Source: an uncultured virus (IMG/VR IMGVR_UViG_3300047546_001190) (Duplodnaviria > Heunggongvirae > Uroviricota > Caudoviricetes). From it: 64,000 bases of DNA. The notes under the pieces are model-generated. The model was not told the DNA's origin and made no database searches. It was given only the letters and a program-made list of their open reading frames with translations. A program made the position numbers and the translations under genes. The stretch lies in the IMG/VR virus record IMGVR_UViG_3300047546_001190; one strand, given 5' to 3'. Within the stretch, counting starts at the first letter, position 1. Each line of letters opens with the position of its first letter. Shown here piece by piece: positions 33,668-47,500 of this stretch.

Positions 33668-35571
33668 TGGCATTAGTAAATTTCACTAACTTAGATTTCG
33701 ATCAAATAAAAACTTCGATTAAGGATTATCTTAGATCGAATTCGAATTTTACTGATTATGATTTTGAAGGATCTACTCTTTCAACAATCATAGATGTATT
33801 AGCATATAATACATATATTTCCTCATATAATGCTAACATGGTTAGTAATGAGGTTTTTATTGATAGTGCGACACTTAGGGAAAATGTAGTATCCCTTGCA
33901 AGAAATATCGGATATGTTCCAAGATCCAGAACATCAGCAAGAGCAAATGTATCTTTCTTCGTAGATACCACTGGACTGTCTATAAATCCAGTAACACTCA
34001 CTTTAAAGAGTGGAGTTGTATGTAATAGTTCATCTACATTTGGATCGACTAGTTATTCGTTTATAGTTCCATCAGACATCACTGTTCCTGTGGTGAATGG
34101 AATCGCAAACTTTACTAATATTGATGTTTATGAGGGAACTTTCCTTACTCAGAACTTTACTGTAGATTCAAATAATCCAAATCAGAAGTTTATTTTAGAT
34201 AACGCAAATATAGACACATCACTGATTAGAGTTGCTGTAAGAGATACTCAATCTAGTACTGTCCGTAGAGAGTTTACATTATCTAATTCCATATTTGAAG
34301 TTAGATCAAATTCAAGAGTATTTTTCATTCAGGAAATTGAAGATCAAAGATACGAATTAATATTTGGAGATGGAGTATTTGGTCAAAAATTAGACAACTT
34401 AAATTATATTGAAGTAACCTATGTTACCTCAAATGGAGAAAGTGCTAATGGAGTAAATTCTTTCACTTATAGTGGAAGAATTATTGATGATAAAAATAGA
34501 GTTATCAACTCAGGAATTTCACTTTTAACCACAAATAGTTCATCTAGAGGTGGAAAGGAAATTGAATCAGTAACTTCTATAAAAAAATATGCTCCTCAGA
34601 TTTATGCTTCTCAACTGAGGGCTGTTACTGCTACAGACTACGAATCTATCATACCGCAGATTTATCCAGAAACTGAGTCTATTTCTGTTTTTGGTGGAGA
34701 AGATTTAAATCCTCCTCAATTTGGAAAAGTTTTTATCTCAATCAAACCAATTAATGGAGAGATAATTTCATCACTAGTTAAAGCAAACTTATTAAGAAAA
34801 CTTAGAAAGTATTCTGTATCTGGAATCGTACCAGAAATACTAGATCTGAAATATTTGTATATCGAATATGATTCTTCAGTTTATTACAATCCTAATGCTA
34901 CAAGAGGTGCTCAAGACGTATCAACTATAATCCAAAGCAATATATCACAGTATTCTGATTCTACGGAACTCAATAGGTACGGTGCAAGATTTAAATATAG
35001 TAAGTTCCTTAAAATTATAGATGATAGTCATCCATCTATAACTTCAAACATTACTAAGATTGTAATTAGAAGAAATTTAAGACCATTAATAAACAGATTA
35101 TCTACATATGAAATTTGCTATGGCAATCAGTTTCATGTAAAAGACACTAGAGGATATAATATAAAATCTTCTGGTTTTAATGTATCAGGAATTACAGAAA
35201 CTGTTTATATTTCTGATACACCAGATAGTAATTTACAAACAGGAACCATCTTCTTATTTAAAAATCCAGGTTCACCAACAGTTATTTTGAAAAATATTGG
35301 AACTATTGATTATGTTAAGGGAGAAATTTACTTATCTCCGATAACCATCACATCTACAGCAAAAACGGAGAGTGGATCACCTGTAATTGAGATATCTGCT
35401 ATACCACAATCTAATGATGTTATAGGACTACAAGATCTTTACTTACAACTAAATACTACTAACAGCACTTTAACTATGATATCCGATAGAATTTCATCTG
35501 GTGCGGATGTTTCGGGTACGACATACATATCAAGTTCAAGTTTTGTCAACGGAGACTTAGTAAGACTGTAA
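33667..35571 (+). CDS. gp6: Baseplate wedge subunit gp6
   Basis: LDFDQIK...FTDYDFEGS...LAYNT...RAVTATDY. Confidence 0.92.
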   Translation: MALVNFTNLDFDQIKTSIKDYLRSNSNFTDYDFEGSTLSTIIDVLAYNTYISSYNANMVSNEVFIDSATLRENVVSLARNIGYVPRSRTSARANVSFFVDTTGLSINPVTLTLKSGVVCNSSSTFGSTSYSFIVPSDITVPVVNGIANFTNIDVYEGTFLTQNFTVDSNNPNQKFILDNANIDTSLIRVAVRDTQSSTVRREFTLSNSIFEVRSNSRVFFIQEIEDQRYELIFGDGVFGQKLDNLNYIEVTYVTSNGESANGVNSFTYSGRIIDDKNRVINSGISLLTTNSSSRGGKEIESVTSIKKYAPQIYASQLRAVTATDYESIIPQIYPETESISVFGGEDLNPPQFGKVFISIKPINGEIISSLVKANLLRKLRKYSVSGIVPEILDLKYLYIEYDSSVYYNPNATRGAQDVSTIIQSNISQYSDSTELNRYGARFKYSKFLKIIDDSHPSITSNITKIVIRRNLRPLINRLSTYEICYGNQFHVKDTRGYNIKSSGFNVSGITETVYISDTPDSNLQTGTIFLFKNPGSPTVILKNIGTIDYVKGEIYLSPITITSTAKTESGSPVIEISAIPQSNDVIGLQDLYLQLNTTNSTLTMISDRISSGADVSGTTYISSSSFVNGDLVRL

Positions 35572-35575
35572 AAAT

Positions 35576-38500
35576 ATGAGCAATACTAGAATTCAGATCA
35601 ATTCAATAGTACAAAATCAACTTCCCGATTTTGTACGAGAAGAGTTTCCTCTTGTCTCCGAATTTTTATCGGAATATTATAATGCTTTAGAAAATCAAGG
35701 AGGAACTCTTGATTTAATTCAGAATATTGATAAGTATGTTAAGGTAGACAACTTAACTAACTTAATCCAATCTACAGTATTGCTCACTGATGTTGATTAT
35801 TTTAGTCAAACATTAACAGTAGAATCCACAGCAGGATTCCCTGAAAGATATGGACTTCTTTTAATTGATAATGAGATTATTACATATAAGTCTAAAACAA
35901 GCACCACTTTTGAAGAGTGTGTTCGTGGATTTAGTGGAATAATTGAGTATGAAAGTGAACTCTTGTTCCAAGAAACAAATGCACAAACTCATACTAGTGG
36001 ATCTTCAGTAGTAAATTTAAGTGTAGTATTTTTACAGGAATTTTTTAGAAAATTAAAGGTACAAATAACACCTGGATTTGAAGATAGAGAATTTTATGAA
36101 GGATTGAATCAAAGAGTTTTTATCAAGCAAGCAAAGGATTTCTATAAGAGCAAGGGATCTGATGAATCTTTTGAAATTCTTTTCAGAGCTTTGTATGGTA
36201 AAGACGTTGAAGTTTTAAAACCAAGAGATTTCGTAATTGAACCATCAACTGCAGAATATAGAACTTTAAAGTTTTTAGTTGTTGAGGGAATTCAAGGAAA
36301 CCCAAGAGATCTGGAGAATAGAACATTATATCAAGATCAAATTTATAATATTCCAAAATCACAAGGAACTGTAGTAAGTGTAGAACCTTTTATTCAAAAT
36401 AATAGAGAATATTTTATTCTCGGATTAGATTATTACTTTGATACTAATGTTCAATCTGTTTTTAGTGAATTTTCTATTCATCCAAATACTAAGGTTCTTA
36501 CCAATACTCCATTAAACTCCGATTTTATCGATGTAGACTCTACTGTTGGATTCCCAGAGCAAGGAACCCTGATAGTATCTTTAAAAAATGGAACTTTTTT
36601 GAATGTTAATTATACTTCTAAGAATTTAAATCAATTTTTGGGTTGCTCTGGAGTAAATCAGACAATACAAAAAGAAGATTTTGTTAGATTAGATGCTTTT
36701 GCATACTCTTATAATGGTAATGATATAATTTCAGTTAGAGTAACTGGAGTTTTATCTAATGTAAATTATAATAGAGCAGAAAATAATTATAACAAAGGAG
36801 ATTCTATTAAAATAAAATCTCTTGGTAAAAAATTACTTGGCATTAGAGCAAATAATTGGTTTTTTAATATTCCAGTAACTTATAATGTTAAATCATTAAG
36901 ATTAAAAGATTCATCATCTGGTCCTGTTTATCAACTGGATTTTTATGATCAACATTATTTTAAAATTGATGATACTGTAAAAGTAATTTCATCAATTGGT
37001 GAAAATTACTTAGGTTTTGTAGTTTCATATTTAAATAAAAACTCTATTGAAGTTAGATTAGATTCTATACTAAATTTATCCTTAGAATACAAAGCAGAAA
37101 AGCAATTACTTAAATCAAATTTAATTTATGATGATAATGATCTAAGTATTTACAATACTGATGTTCAAAATGTATACTTTTCTGAAAGTGAAGATGCAAT
37201 TTATGTTGCTTCATCTTCAATTCCTTTTTATGGAAGTGAAACAATATTCCCAAATGTCAGAAAAGTAGTATTTTCAGGAACTTTTAATGATGATTATGAA
37301 ATTCATGCTCAAAATCATGGTTTATATACTGGAGATTCTGTAGTTTATTATTCCGGAGAAGATAGCACCTTAGATCTTCAAACTGGAATTTACTTTGTAG
37401 TAAGACTTTCGAGCAATACTTTTAAAATAGCAAGAAGTAGAAATGATATCTTTAATGAAAGATACATTTCAATTTCCGGATCTGCTTTTGAAGATATTTT
37501 TGTTTTCAGAAGTCAAACTACAGAATCTTTAGAAAGAAAATATATACAACCACAAAATCTTTTAAGAAAAATTAGAAGAAGTTTTGATGAAATAGTAAAG
37601 GATGAAACTCCATCTGGTGCTATCGGTATTTTTGTAAATGGAGTTGAATCTTATGGTTATAAATCAAATGATATTGTTTACTATGGTCCTATAAAGAAAG
37701 TTGATGTACTTTCTTCCTCTAATGATTTTGATGTAATAAATCCACCAACAGTTCAAATTTATGATTCTGTTGGCACCGGGGCATCTGTATATTCTTCAGT
37801 AAATGGATCATTATTGAAGATTGATGTTATTGATTCTGGATTTGACTACTTAGATGAACCTGAAGTATTAATTACTGGAGGAAATGGATTTGGTGCTGCT
37901 GCAAAGGCAAATCTAACATCATTTGAGCATGAAGTTTTATTCAATTCATCTTCATCATCTTTAGTAAATCTTTCTAATGAAACAATAGGATTTACTACTT
38001 TCCATAAATTTAGAGATAATGAGTATGTCTTTTATGATCCTCAGGGACAAACTGCAGTTGGTGGACTTTCCACGTCCTCCGCATATTATGTTTCTGTTCA
38101 AGATGCATTTACCATAAAATTACACAAATCCTTCTCCGATAGTGTATCAGGAATAAACACAATATCGTTAACTTCTTATGGAGTAGGAAATCATAAATTT
38201 AAGTCTTCTACTCTGAAAAAAAGAATATCATCAATAACTGTAACAAGTTCTGGTGAAAATTATCAATCCAAAAAGACTTCTTGCACTTCGGCAGGAATTA
38301 ATACTGCACTTAATCAGATTACACTAAAAAATCATAATTATTTGAGTGGTGAAATCATTACTTATACGTCTACAGGATCACTTGCTGGTGGACTAGCATC
38401 AACATCTTATTATGTAACAAAGGTTGACGAAGATAATATCAAATTATCTATTGTAGGGATTTCATCTGAAGAAAAGAATTTTTATTTTAAAACTAAACAG

Positions 38501-41500
38501 TATGTTGATATAACATCAGTTGGTTCTGGAACTCATATTTTTAATTACGAACCAATAAGTGTTAATGTTGTTGGAAATATTGGAATTTCTACTCTTTCAA
38601 ATCAAAACTTTAATGCAGTTTTACAACCTGTCTTTAGAGGAAAAGTTCAATCAGTTTTTGTTAATGATGGTGGACTTAATTATGGATCTGAAGATATTAT
38701 CAATTTTAATAGACAACCTGAGTTTTCATTAGATAGTGCATCATCTGCACAGATGACACCAGTTATCAATAATGGATCAATAACAGATGTTGTCATCAAT
38801 AATTTTGGATCTGGATATACTGCAGTTCCTGATCTAGTAGTTAATGGGTCAGGATTTGGTGCAAAATTAGTTCCAATTATAAAAAACGGACAAATTGTAT
38901 CTGTTAAAATTCAAAGTAAAGGTAGTGGTTACACTCAAGACACAACATCAATCAATATTGTTCCTGCCGGATCAAAACTAGAACTTAATGCAGAAATAAA
39001 ATCATGGAGAATTAACCAAGTTGAAAGATTAATAAAGACTCAAAAAATAACAGATGATGATGGTATTGTAGTAAATAACTTTAATCAAGATTATGAACTA
39101 CAATATTGCCATGCATATTCACCTAGAAGTTTAAGAAAATATTGCTTATCTCAAAAAAATGTAAATGGTGAAATTGTATACGTTCCCGATCTAGTTGTTC
39201 TAAATGGAATAGAACAAAAGTCCGTTTCACACTCACCGATACTTGGATGGGCTTATGATGGAAATCCAATATACGGACCATATGGATATTCGGTTGCTTC
39301 TGGTGCAGCAACAGTAAAACCTTTGCAACCTGGATATGTAGAATCAATTCAACCAAATAGACCATCTTTGTCGATTTATCCTAGTGGATTTTTTGTGGAA
39401 GATTATGAGTATGATGGATCTGGAGATTTAGACGAACATAATGGAAGATTCTGCGTAACACCTGAATTTCCTCAAGGAGTATATGCTTATTTCTGTACAG
39501 TTGATGATGGTCCAGTTGAATCTGGTGGACCATTCTCAAACTACAAAAAACCATTATTCCCATACATAATTGGAAATACTTACAAGTCAAAGAGTATAGA
39601 ATTTAACTATCAAATATCATCAAATCAAAATAATTTTGATTTGATGAATAGTGGACTACTTAGAAATATTAATCCATATAACTTTGACGAACCAAATAGT
39701 TTTTACAATTATTTAAATAAAACTAGTAATAACATTAGTGAAATTTCCAAAGTAAAATCAATATCTGTAGGAAAAATTTCATCAGCAGGAATAATTACTG
39801 GAGGAAACAACTATAAAGTTGGTGATATTATAACTTATAAAGAAACTTCGGATATATCAAAAGTAGTTTCTATAAAAGGTAAAAATGTACAATCTGTTAG
39901 TGTAGCAACTTCAGAATTTACTAATGTAGAATTTTTACTAGAGGGTAATACCAATTACTTAGTAGGTTACTCTACAATTCCTCATGGTTATTTGAATAAC
40001 GATCTCGTTTCTATTTCTATTCCTGAAATTAAAGAAACATCAAATATTGTAGTAAATACAAATATCCTAAATCTCAGTGTAGGAGTTGGATCTACAGCAT
40101 ATACTGGTATTGTAACTTATTTTAATGTACGCGGAAATCTATCGATAAGAGAAAATGACATTTACAAAATCCTTGATGAAGAAGTAAAGGTATTAAATGT
40201 TGATAGAGACAATTCTAGAATTAGAGTATTAAGAAATCAAAATAATACAGTTTCAGGATTCTCTACATTCCCTGTAGGTATTGCATTAACAGAGAAACCA
40301 AGAAAATTCTCAATTAAGACTGGAATACAAACATCCTATCAATACAAATTAAATAAAAAATATTACTTAAATCCAGCAGAATCAGTTGGTTTAGGAACTA
40401 CTTCAGGAACAGGCGTTGGATCGACTTTATCATTCTCAAATCCTGGAGCAGGAATAACTCAAATTTTTATTCCAACAAAGACAATTTATATTCCAGGACA
40501 TCAATTACTAACAAATACAGAATTAGTATACTCATCAAATGGTGGTAGTCCAATTTCCGTATCCACTGATGGAGTTTCTTCCTTTACTTTAGGAGAAAAT
40601 TCCATAGTTTATGCTGCAAGAGTTTCAGATGATCTTATTGGAATATCCACTGTTAATATTGGACTTGGAACAAACGGTTCTTTTGTAGGATTAGGAACTA
40701 CTAATTCAACAAAATCTACACTTTTTATCACTGGAGTTGGATCTGGAACCATTCATAGTTTGTCTACAAATTATGATGACATTTTATTGGGCAGTGTTTA
40801 CAAGAACACCGTTACTGTTTCCACAGCATCAACACACGGTTTATCTCTCTTAGATTCTGTTAATGTTTCTCTTGTTTCTTCAGCATCAACAACTCTTTAT
40901 GTAAAATATAATGACTATAATAGAGTATTGGTTTTAAATGAAAGATCTTTCACATCTGATAAAGTAAATATAGTTTCGAACACTATTACTTTAGAAAATC
41001 ATGGATATAATTCTGGAGATAAAGTATTATATAAATCAGTTTCTCCAATAGGCGGATTAGTAAATCAAAATATTTACTATGTAATCTTAGTCAATAAGGA
41101 TGAAATAAAGTTAGCAACAACTTATTATTCTGCTACTAAGAATTTCCCAAATTATATAAATTTAACTTCTACTGGTAGTGGATCTTTCTCTGAAGTAAAT
41201 CCACAAATTAATTTGGTGAAGAATTCCCGTTTAATATTTGATTTATCAGATTCTTCTTTATCGTTTACTAATAATTCTCAACTTTATTCTGCATTTGATT
41301 TTGATTTTTACTATGATTCAACCTTTGAAAATAAATTTGAATTTTATGCTGATTTTGCAGATCGTGAAGTTGTAAAGTCCGGACAGATAGGAATTTCTGC
41401 AAATGCATATGTTGCATTAACTGTAAATGATTCTACACCAAAAACTCTTTATTATAAATTAACTCCAAAAAATACAGATATTTCTCCAACAACAAAGAAA

Positions 41501-44500
41501 GAAATTGTTGAAGATACTGAAGTATTGAATAATAACAGTATAAAGTTAGTAGATAGTGTTTACTCCGGTTCTTTCCAAGTAATTGGAGTGGGTAATACTA
41601 CATTCAAGTATAATATTGCAGAAACTCCTCAGGTTAAATCCTATACAAACTCAAATTCTGTAGTAAATTATATTACCAATTCCGATAGTACAGATGGACC
41701 AATCGATGCTGTATTAAACATTTTATCAAATGCAAATTTTGATAATTCAAAGTCAATTCCTGGCATTTCTACAATAAAAACAATTAATGGATCGGGTGCT
41801 CTAGTTGAACTTCAGTCTAATGAAATTGGTAATATTACATCCGTTGAAATTCAAAATTTTGGATTTGATTATCCATCAGATTTAACGCTTAGACCAACTG
41901 CAAAACTTCCAGATCTACTCACTGTAAATGCATTTTATTCAATTGATAGGATCGGAATTTCTTCTGTTGGAAAAAATTATAGTTTATCTCCTGATTTGGT
42001 TTTAAAAGGATCAGATCAATCGATCATATCCGATGTAGATTTGTCTTATTCTTTAGGAGATTCTGAGGTTACTATTTTAAGTAATACTAAGGGTATTTCA
42101 GGAATATTTCCAACTATTATTCCAATCAATAACACAAATGGAATTCCAGTAACAAATATTAGTTTCGATAATAATTCCAAAGATGTTGTTGTAACATTAG
42201 GTTCAAGTTTTAGTAGCATTAATGATTTCCCATTTGCTATTGGAGAAAAAATATTAGTAGAGCATGTTAGTGTAGGTGTAGGGTCTACTGCTAAGGGTTA
42301 TAACTCGTCTTCTTATAATTATTCCCTCTTTACTGTTGTTAATACTGATCCAAATATTGGAGGAATTGGTGCGACTATTTCATATAATTTAAGTGAATAT
42401 CTTGGTAATAACGAATATCCTGGAAATTATGATGCTATTAATTCTTCAGGAATTGTAGTCCCAGAAAAGTATTTCCCTATATTTGATATTTCTTTGAAAT
42501 CTAATGATTTTTATGTGGGAGAAGAAGTGGTATCCGAAAATTATTATGGTTTAGTAGAAGAATGGGATAGTAAGAATGGTATTCTAAAAGTATCAAGTTC
42601 TGATGATTTTACTACTGGATCTCAAATCAAAGGATTAACTTCTAAATCTGTTGGTATTGTAACCACTCTTAGATTTAACCCAGATTTGACTTATCAAGTT
42701 TCTGCTTTCAATATATCGAATGATGGATGGAAAACCAATAAAGGATTCTTAAATGATGAAACTCAAAGAATTCATGATTCTGACTATTATCAATATTTCT
42801 CATATTCACTTAAGTCAGAAGTTCAATACAACACTTGGGAAGAACCAGTAAGTTCTTTGAATCATACTGCGGGATTTAAGAAGTTTAGTGATCTTCAAGT
42901 TCATTCTTCTACAGATGAATTTTCTGGAATTTCCACTAGTCAAAATAATGGCGACTTTGTAGGAGTTGCTGACATTTCTTCTGTTGTTGATTTAAATTGT
43001 GTATATGATTTTGATCTTGCAAGAGAAAATAACATTTTTATTGATGGTGCAACAAAATCAAATCAAATTATATTCAATTCTAGAATTCTTCAGGATTATG
43101 TTGAATCCGTAGGAAATAGAGTTCTTACTGTGGATGATTTTAGTAATGAATTTAACAGCAATCCAAGAACCACTAAATTTAGTACTGTTTATGATTTCCA
43201 CTTAGATAACACATTTACAAAGTTTATAACATTTACTAAAGATAGATTATTTACTAACGATAGACAAATCTTACTTGTTTCTTTATTACAAAATCGTTCA
43301 ATAGGATTCTTAAATCAATATGGAAGAGTTGAATCTTATTCTGATTTGGGATCTTTTGATTTTAATATCAGTGGATCTAGAGGTCAACTTTTATTTTATC
43401 CAGTAAAAAATCTAATTAATGATTATGATGTAAGTGTAGTTGCTTATAGTCTAGAACCTATCGTAACTGGAGTTGGACATATTAATTTAGGAGATGCTGT
43501 TTATGTTGGTTCAAGTACAAGTATTTTACCTACTTCATCTTCATCTCCAGTAACTGTAGTTGGAATTGCTTCAACATATAGATCATCGAAAGTTATGGTT
43601 CAAATTTCTGCTTCCGATGAGTCATATTTTGAGTCTGACGAAATTACAATTTTACATGATGGAACATCAATAGAATCTGTAGAATATGGTCAATTAAATA
43701 CAACTTATTTACAATCAGCATCTACTGCTGGATTGGGTACATATCATGTTTATTATTCCGGATCAAATATCAACCTAGACTTTATTCCATACAATACAAC
43801 AACTTCAGAATATAAAATTAACTCTTTACATATCAATCTATCAGATAATCCAACTTCCACGGATTCTACATCATTTAATAACTCAAAAATTCAATCAAAT
43901 TTTGTCGCAATATCATCATCACCATCCCCAGGAATAACAACTATTTCATCATACTCCTCTACCTATGATGGAGCTTATTGTGTTGTTCTTATCAAAGATA
44001 CTACAAATAATGAATATCAAGTATCTGAAATTGCAATATTAGATGATGGTGTAGATTCACACATTTCTGAGTTTGGTATTATTCAGACTAATGGTTCTAT
44101 AGGATCTATAGGATCAACTGTAAAAGGATCTGGAGATGTAGACATTAACTTTACACCAAATCCAAATATTGATGTAGAAGTTGTAGTATTTACAAATTCT
44201 ATTGGAGATGTTGATGATACCCTTCCTATCACAGCAATAGATTTTACTAATGCATCTATAAATTCTGGAGATGGATTTTATTTAGGTGCTGAGAGTGATA
44301 TTAAAAAAGACTTTAATTTAACTTACAACCAAAGACCAATTTTTGAAAGATACTTTGACGGAAGTGATCCAAATATTATTGGTATAGGTACTACATCGAC
44401 AATAAAAATTCCTGAAAATTTCTTTGTTACTGGAGAAAAAGTTCAGTATTCATATTCTGGTGCTGGTACTACATCTTCTATCGGAATTGCTACGACTACT

Positions 44501-47500
44501 GTATCAGGAATTGGAGTTACAAATAAACTTCCAAGTACTGTTTATATTGTAAAAGAAAATGAACTTTATGTAAGGGTTGCTCTTTCAACTGCTGATGCTT
44601 TAGCAGTTCCACCCAATACAGTTGAATTCACTAGTGTTGGTATCGGTACTTCGCATCGATTTACATCTCTGAATCCAAATTCTAAAGTATTATTATCAAT
44701 TGATAATATGATTCAATCTCCGATTGTTTCTACAGCTATAACATCTTCACTTTCAAGTTTCCTTTCTAGAGCAGAAACTAGATTTGATATTACAGGAATA
44801 ACATCATTCTTTGCTGGTGATTTGATTAAAATTGATGATGAAATCATGAGAATTAGTTCTGTAGGATTAAACACCAATCCAAATACTCTTACTGTAAGAA
44901 GACCTTGGCTTGGAACTGGAATTGCAACACATGCAAAAGATACTATAGTAACAAAAATTTCCGGAAATTATAATATTGTAGAAAATACACTATACTTTGC
45001 AGAGGCTCCTTATGGATTAACTCCAATAGGAACAACAACGAACAAACCAGATGAAAGAGATTATGTTGGACTAGAAACGCATTCTACATTTAGTGGAAGA
45101 GTCTTTATGAAATCTGGAGTGCCTAATACAGATTCTGAACCATATTCGAAAAATTATATTTTTGATAGTCTTTCTTCAGACTTTGATGGTGTTACTAGTC
45201 AATTTACGTTGACTTCAAATCGTTCAAATATATCTGGATTCTCTACAAGTAATGCTATTGTCTTAGTAAATGATATATTCCAAGGTCCACAAAGATCTGG
45301 AGCAATATCTATTGTAGGAGATTATGATTTAATAGAGTCTTCTGGAATCACTTCAATTAGATTCACTGGAACAGCAACATCAACAACTAGTGATGTAAAC
45401 ACTGCTAGTATTCCTCGTGGTGGAGTAATTGTTTCCGTTGGTTCAACATCAGGTCTTGGATATCAACCTTTAGTTGCTGCGGGAGGAACTGCTAATGTAT
45501 CTGTTGCTGGAACAATATCATCAATTAGTATTGGAAACAGTGGATCTGGGTATAGAGTAGGAATACAAACAATAGTAAATGTTGGAGTAGTAACTTCCAG
45601 TATTACATCAAATATCCAATTTATTGGAACTGCTGCTATTAGTGGTGGACATATTGTGAGTGTTGCTATTACTAACCCAGGAGTTGGTTATACTTCATCA
45701 AATCCACCATTAGTTATTTTTGATTCTCCATTATCATACTCAGATATTCCTTTGGTTTATAGTTCTTCATCTAGTGGTCTTGGAACAGGTGCTAAAGCAA
45801 ATATTGTGGTTGGGCAGGGATCTAGTGTAATTTCTTTTGAAATTATCAATACTGGATACGGATACGGACAAAGTGAAATTTTAACTGTAGCAGTTGGTGG
45901 ACAATCCGGAATACCAACAGATCCATCAATTTCGTTTAAAGAATTCCAAATTACCATAGACCAAACAATAAATGATGAATTTAGTGGATGGGTTATTGGA
46001 GATCTTCAAGTTTTTGATGTTATTGATGATTTATTTGATGGAAATAGAGTTACATTCCCAATTAAATTGAATGGCAATCAAACCACCATCAGATCCAAAA
46101 AAGGATCAAATATTAATGTTGAGTCTACTCTTCTTATATTCTTAAATGACGTTTTGCAAGTTCCAGGAAAAGGTTATTCATTTAATGGGGGTAGTGTTAT
46201 AACCTTTGCAGAACCACCAAAAGAAGGAGATAGATGTAAGATTATCTTCTACAAAGGAACTAGTGAAGTTGATACTGTAAATATTGATATTTTAGAAACC
46301 GTAAAAGTTGGAGATACTTTGACTCTAAATGATGATAATATTTCATTCAAAGAAAATAATAGAATTGTAAATGAAATTCTTTCTACTGATATTGTTGGAA
46401 CAAATGTTTATACCTCTCCAGGAATTTCTGAAGATCCAAACTATAGCAGACCCGTAATTTGGTGCAGGCAAACCGAGGATAGAATTCTTAATGGTCAACA
46501 AGTTGCTAAAGATAGAGTTCTTTATGAGGCATTAATTAATCCTTCAACAAACATTATCCAAAATGTATCTGCAGCATCCACTCAAATTTTTGTAGAAAGT
46601 GTTAAAACTTTCTTCGATAGTGCTGATGAATATTTCCAAGACGGAACCACTGAAATTCCTCAAAAGAAAATTGTTATAACATCTCAAGATAACTTAGTTT
46701 CTGCTGCAGCAACTGCTATAGTCTCTGTTGCAGGAACCATAAGTTCTGTTGTTATATCTGATGGTGGACTTGGTTATTCAGTAGCACCAACCGTCGTTAT
46801 TGAAAATCCAGTGGGATTAGGAATAACTCAAAGAGCATCTGCTATTGCTTCAGTATCTATTGGAGGAACTATTTCTTCAATAACAGTATCTTCACCAGGA
46901 ACTGGATACACAACATCAAATCCACCAGTTGTATTGATAGAGTCTCCAACCGTAAATAGAGAGGTTATTAATAGAGTTTCTTATCAAGGTGATTTTGGAA
47001 TTATTTCTGGAATAAAGACAACTTCTGTAGGAGTTGCCTCAACAGGAATTGTGTTTGATTTCTTCATACCTAAGAATTCATTCCTTAGAGATCTCAGTGT
47101 AAATTCTGTGGGAATTGCTACAACAGGAATTAGTGGAATCCAAACAGGATACTACTTTGTCGTTTATAATTCTAACGTTGGAAATGGAGTAACATCTATA
47201 AATCAAAGTGGTTCTACTATTGGAATTGGAACTTCATTTATTGATAATGTATATCAAGTGGCAGCAGTTTCTATAGGGCAAACTAATGTTACTGGAGTTG
47301 GTTTAACTTATGTTGCAAAAGTAACAGTTAGTGTATCCAACTATAATGGACTAACTGGTTTAGGATTTAGTTCTTTCTATGGAGAGTATAGTTGGGGAAG
47401 AATATACAATATGACCAGAAGTGATGCAAAATCATTTGCTTACTATAATAATGGAATTTCTGGAATTGCAACTTCACCAATTATTCAAAGATATAATCCA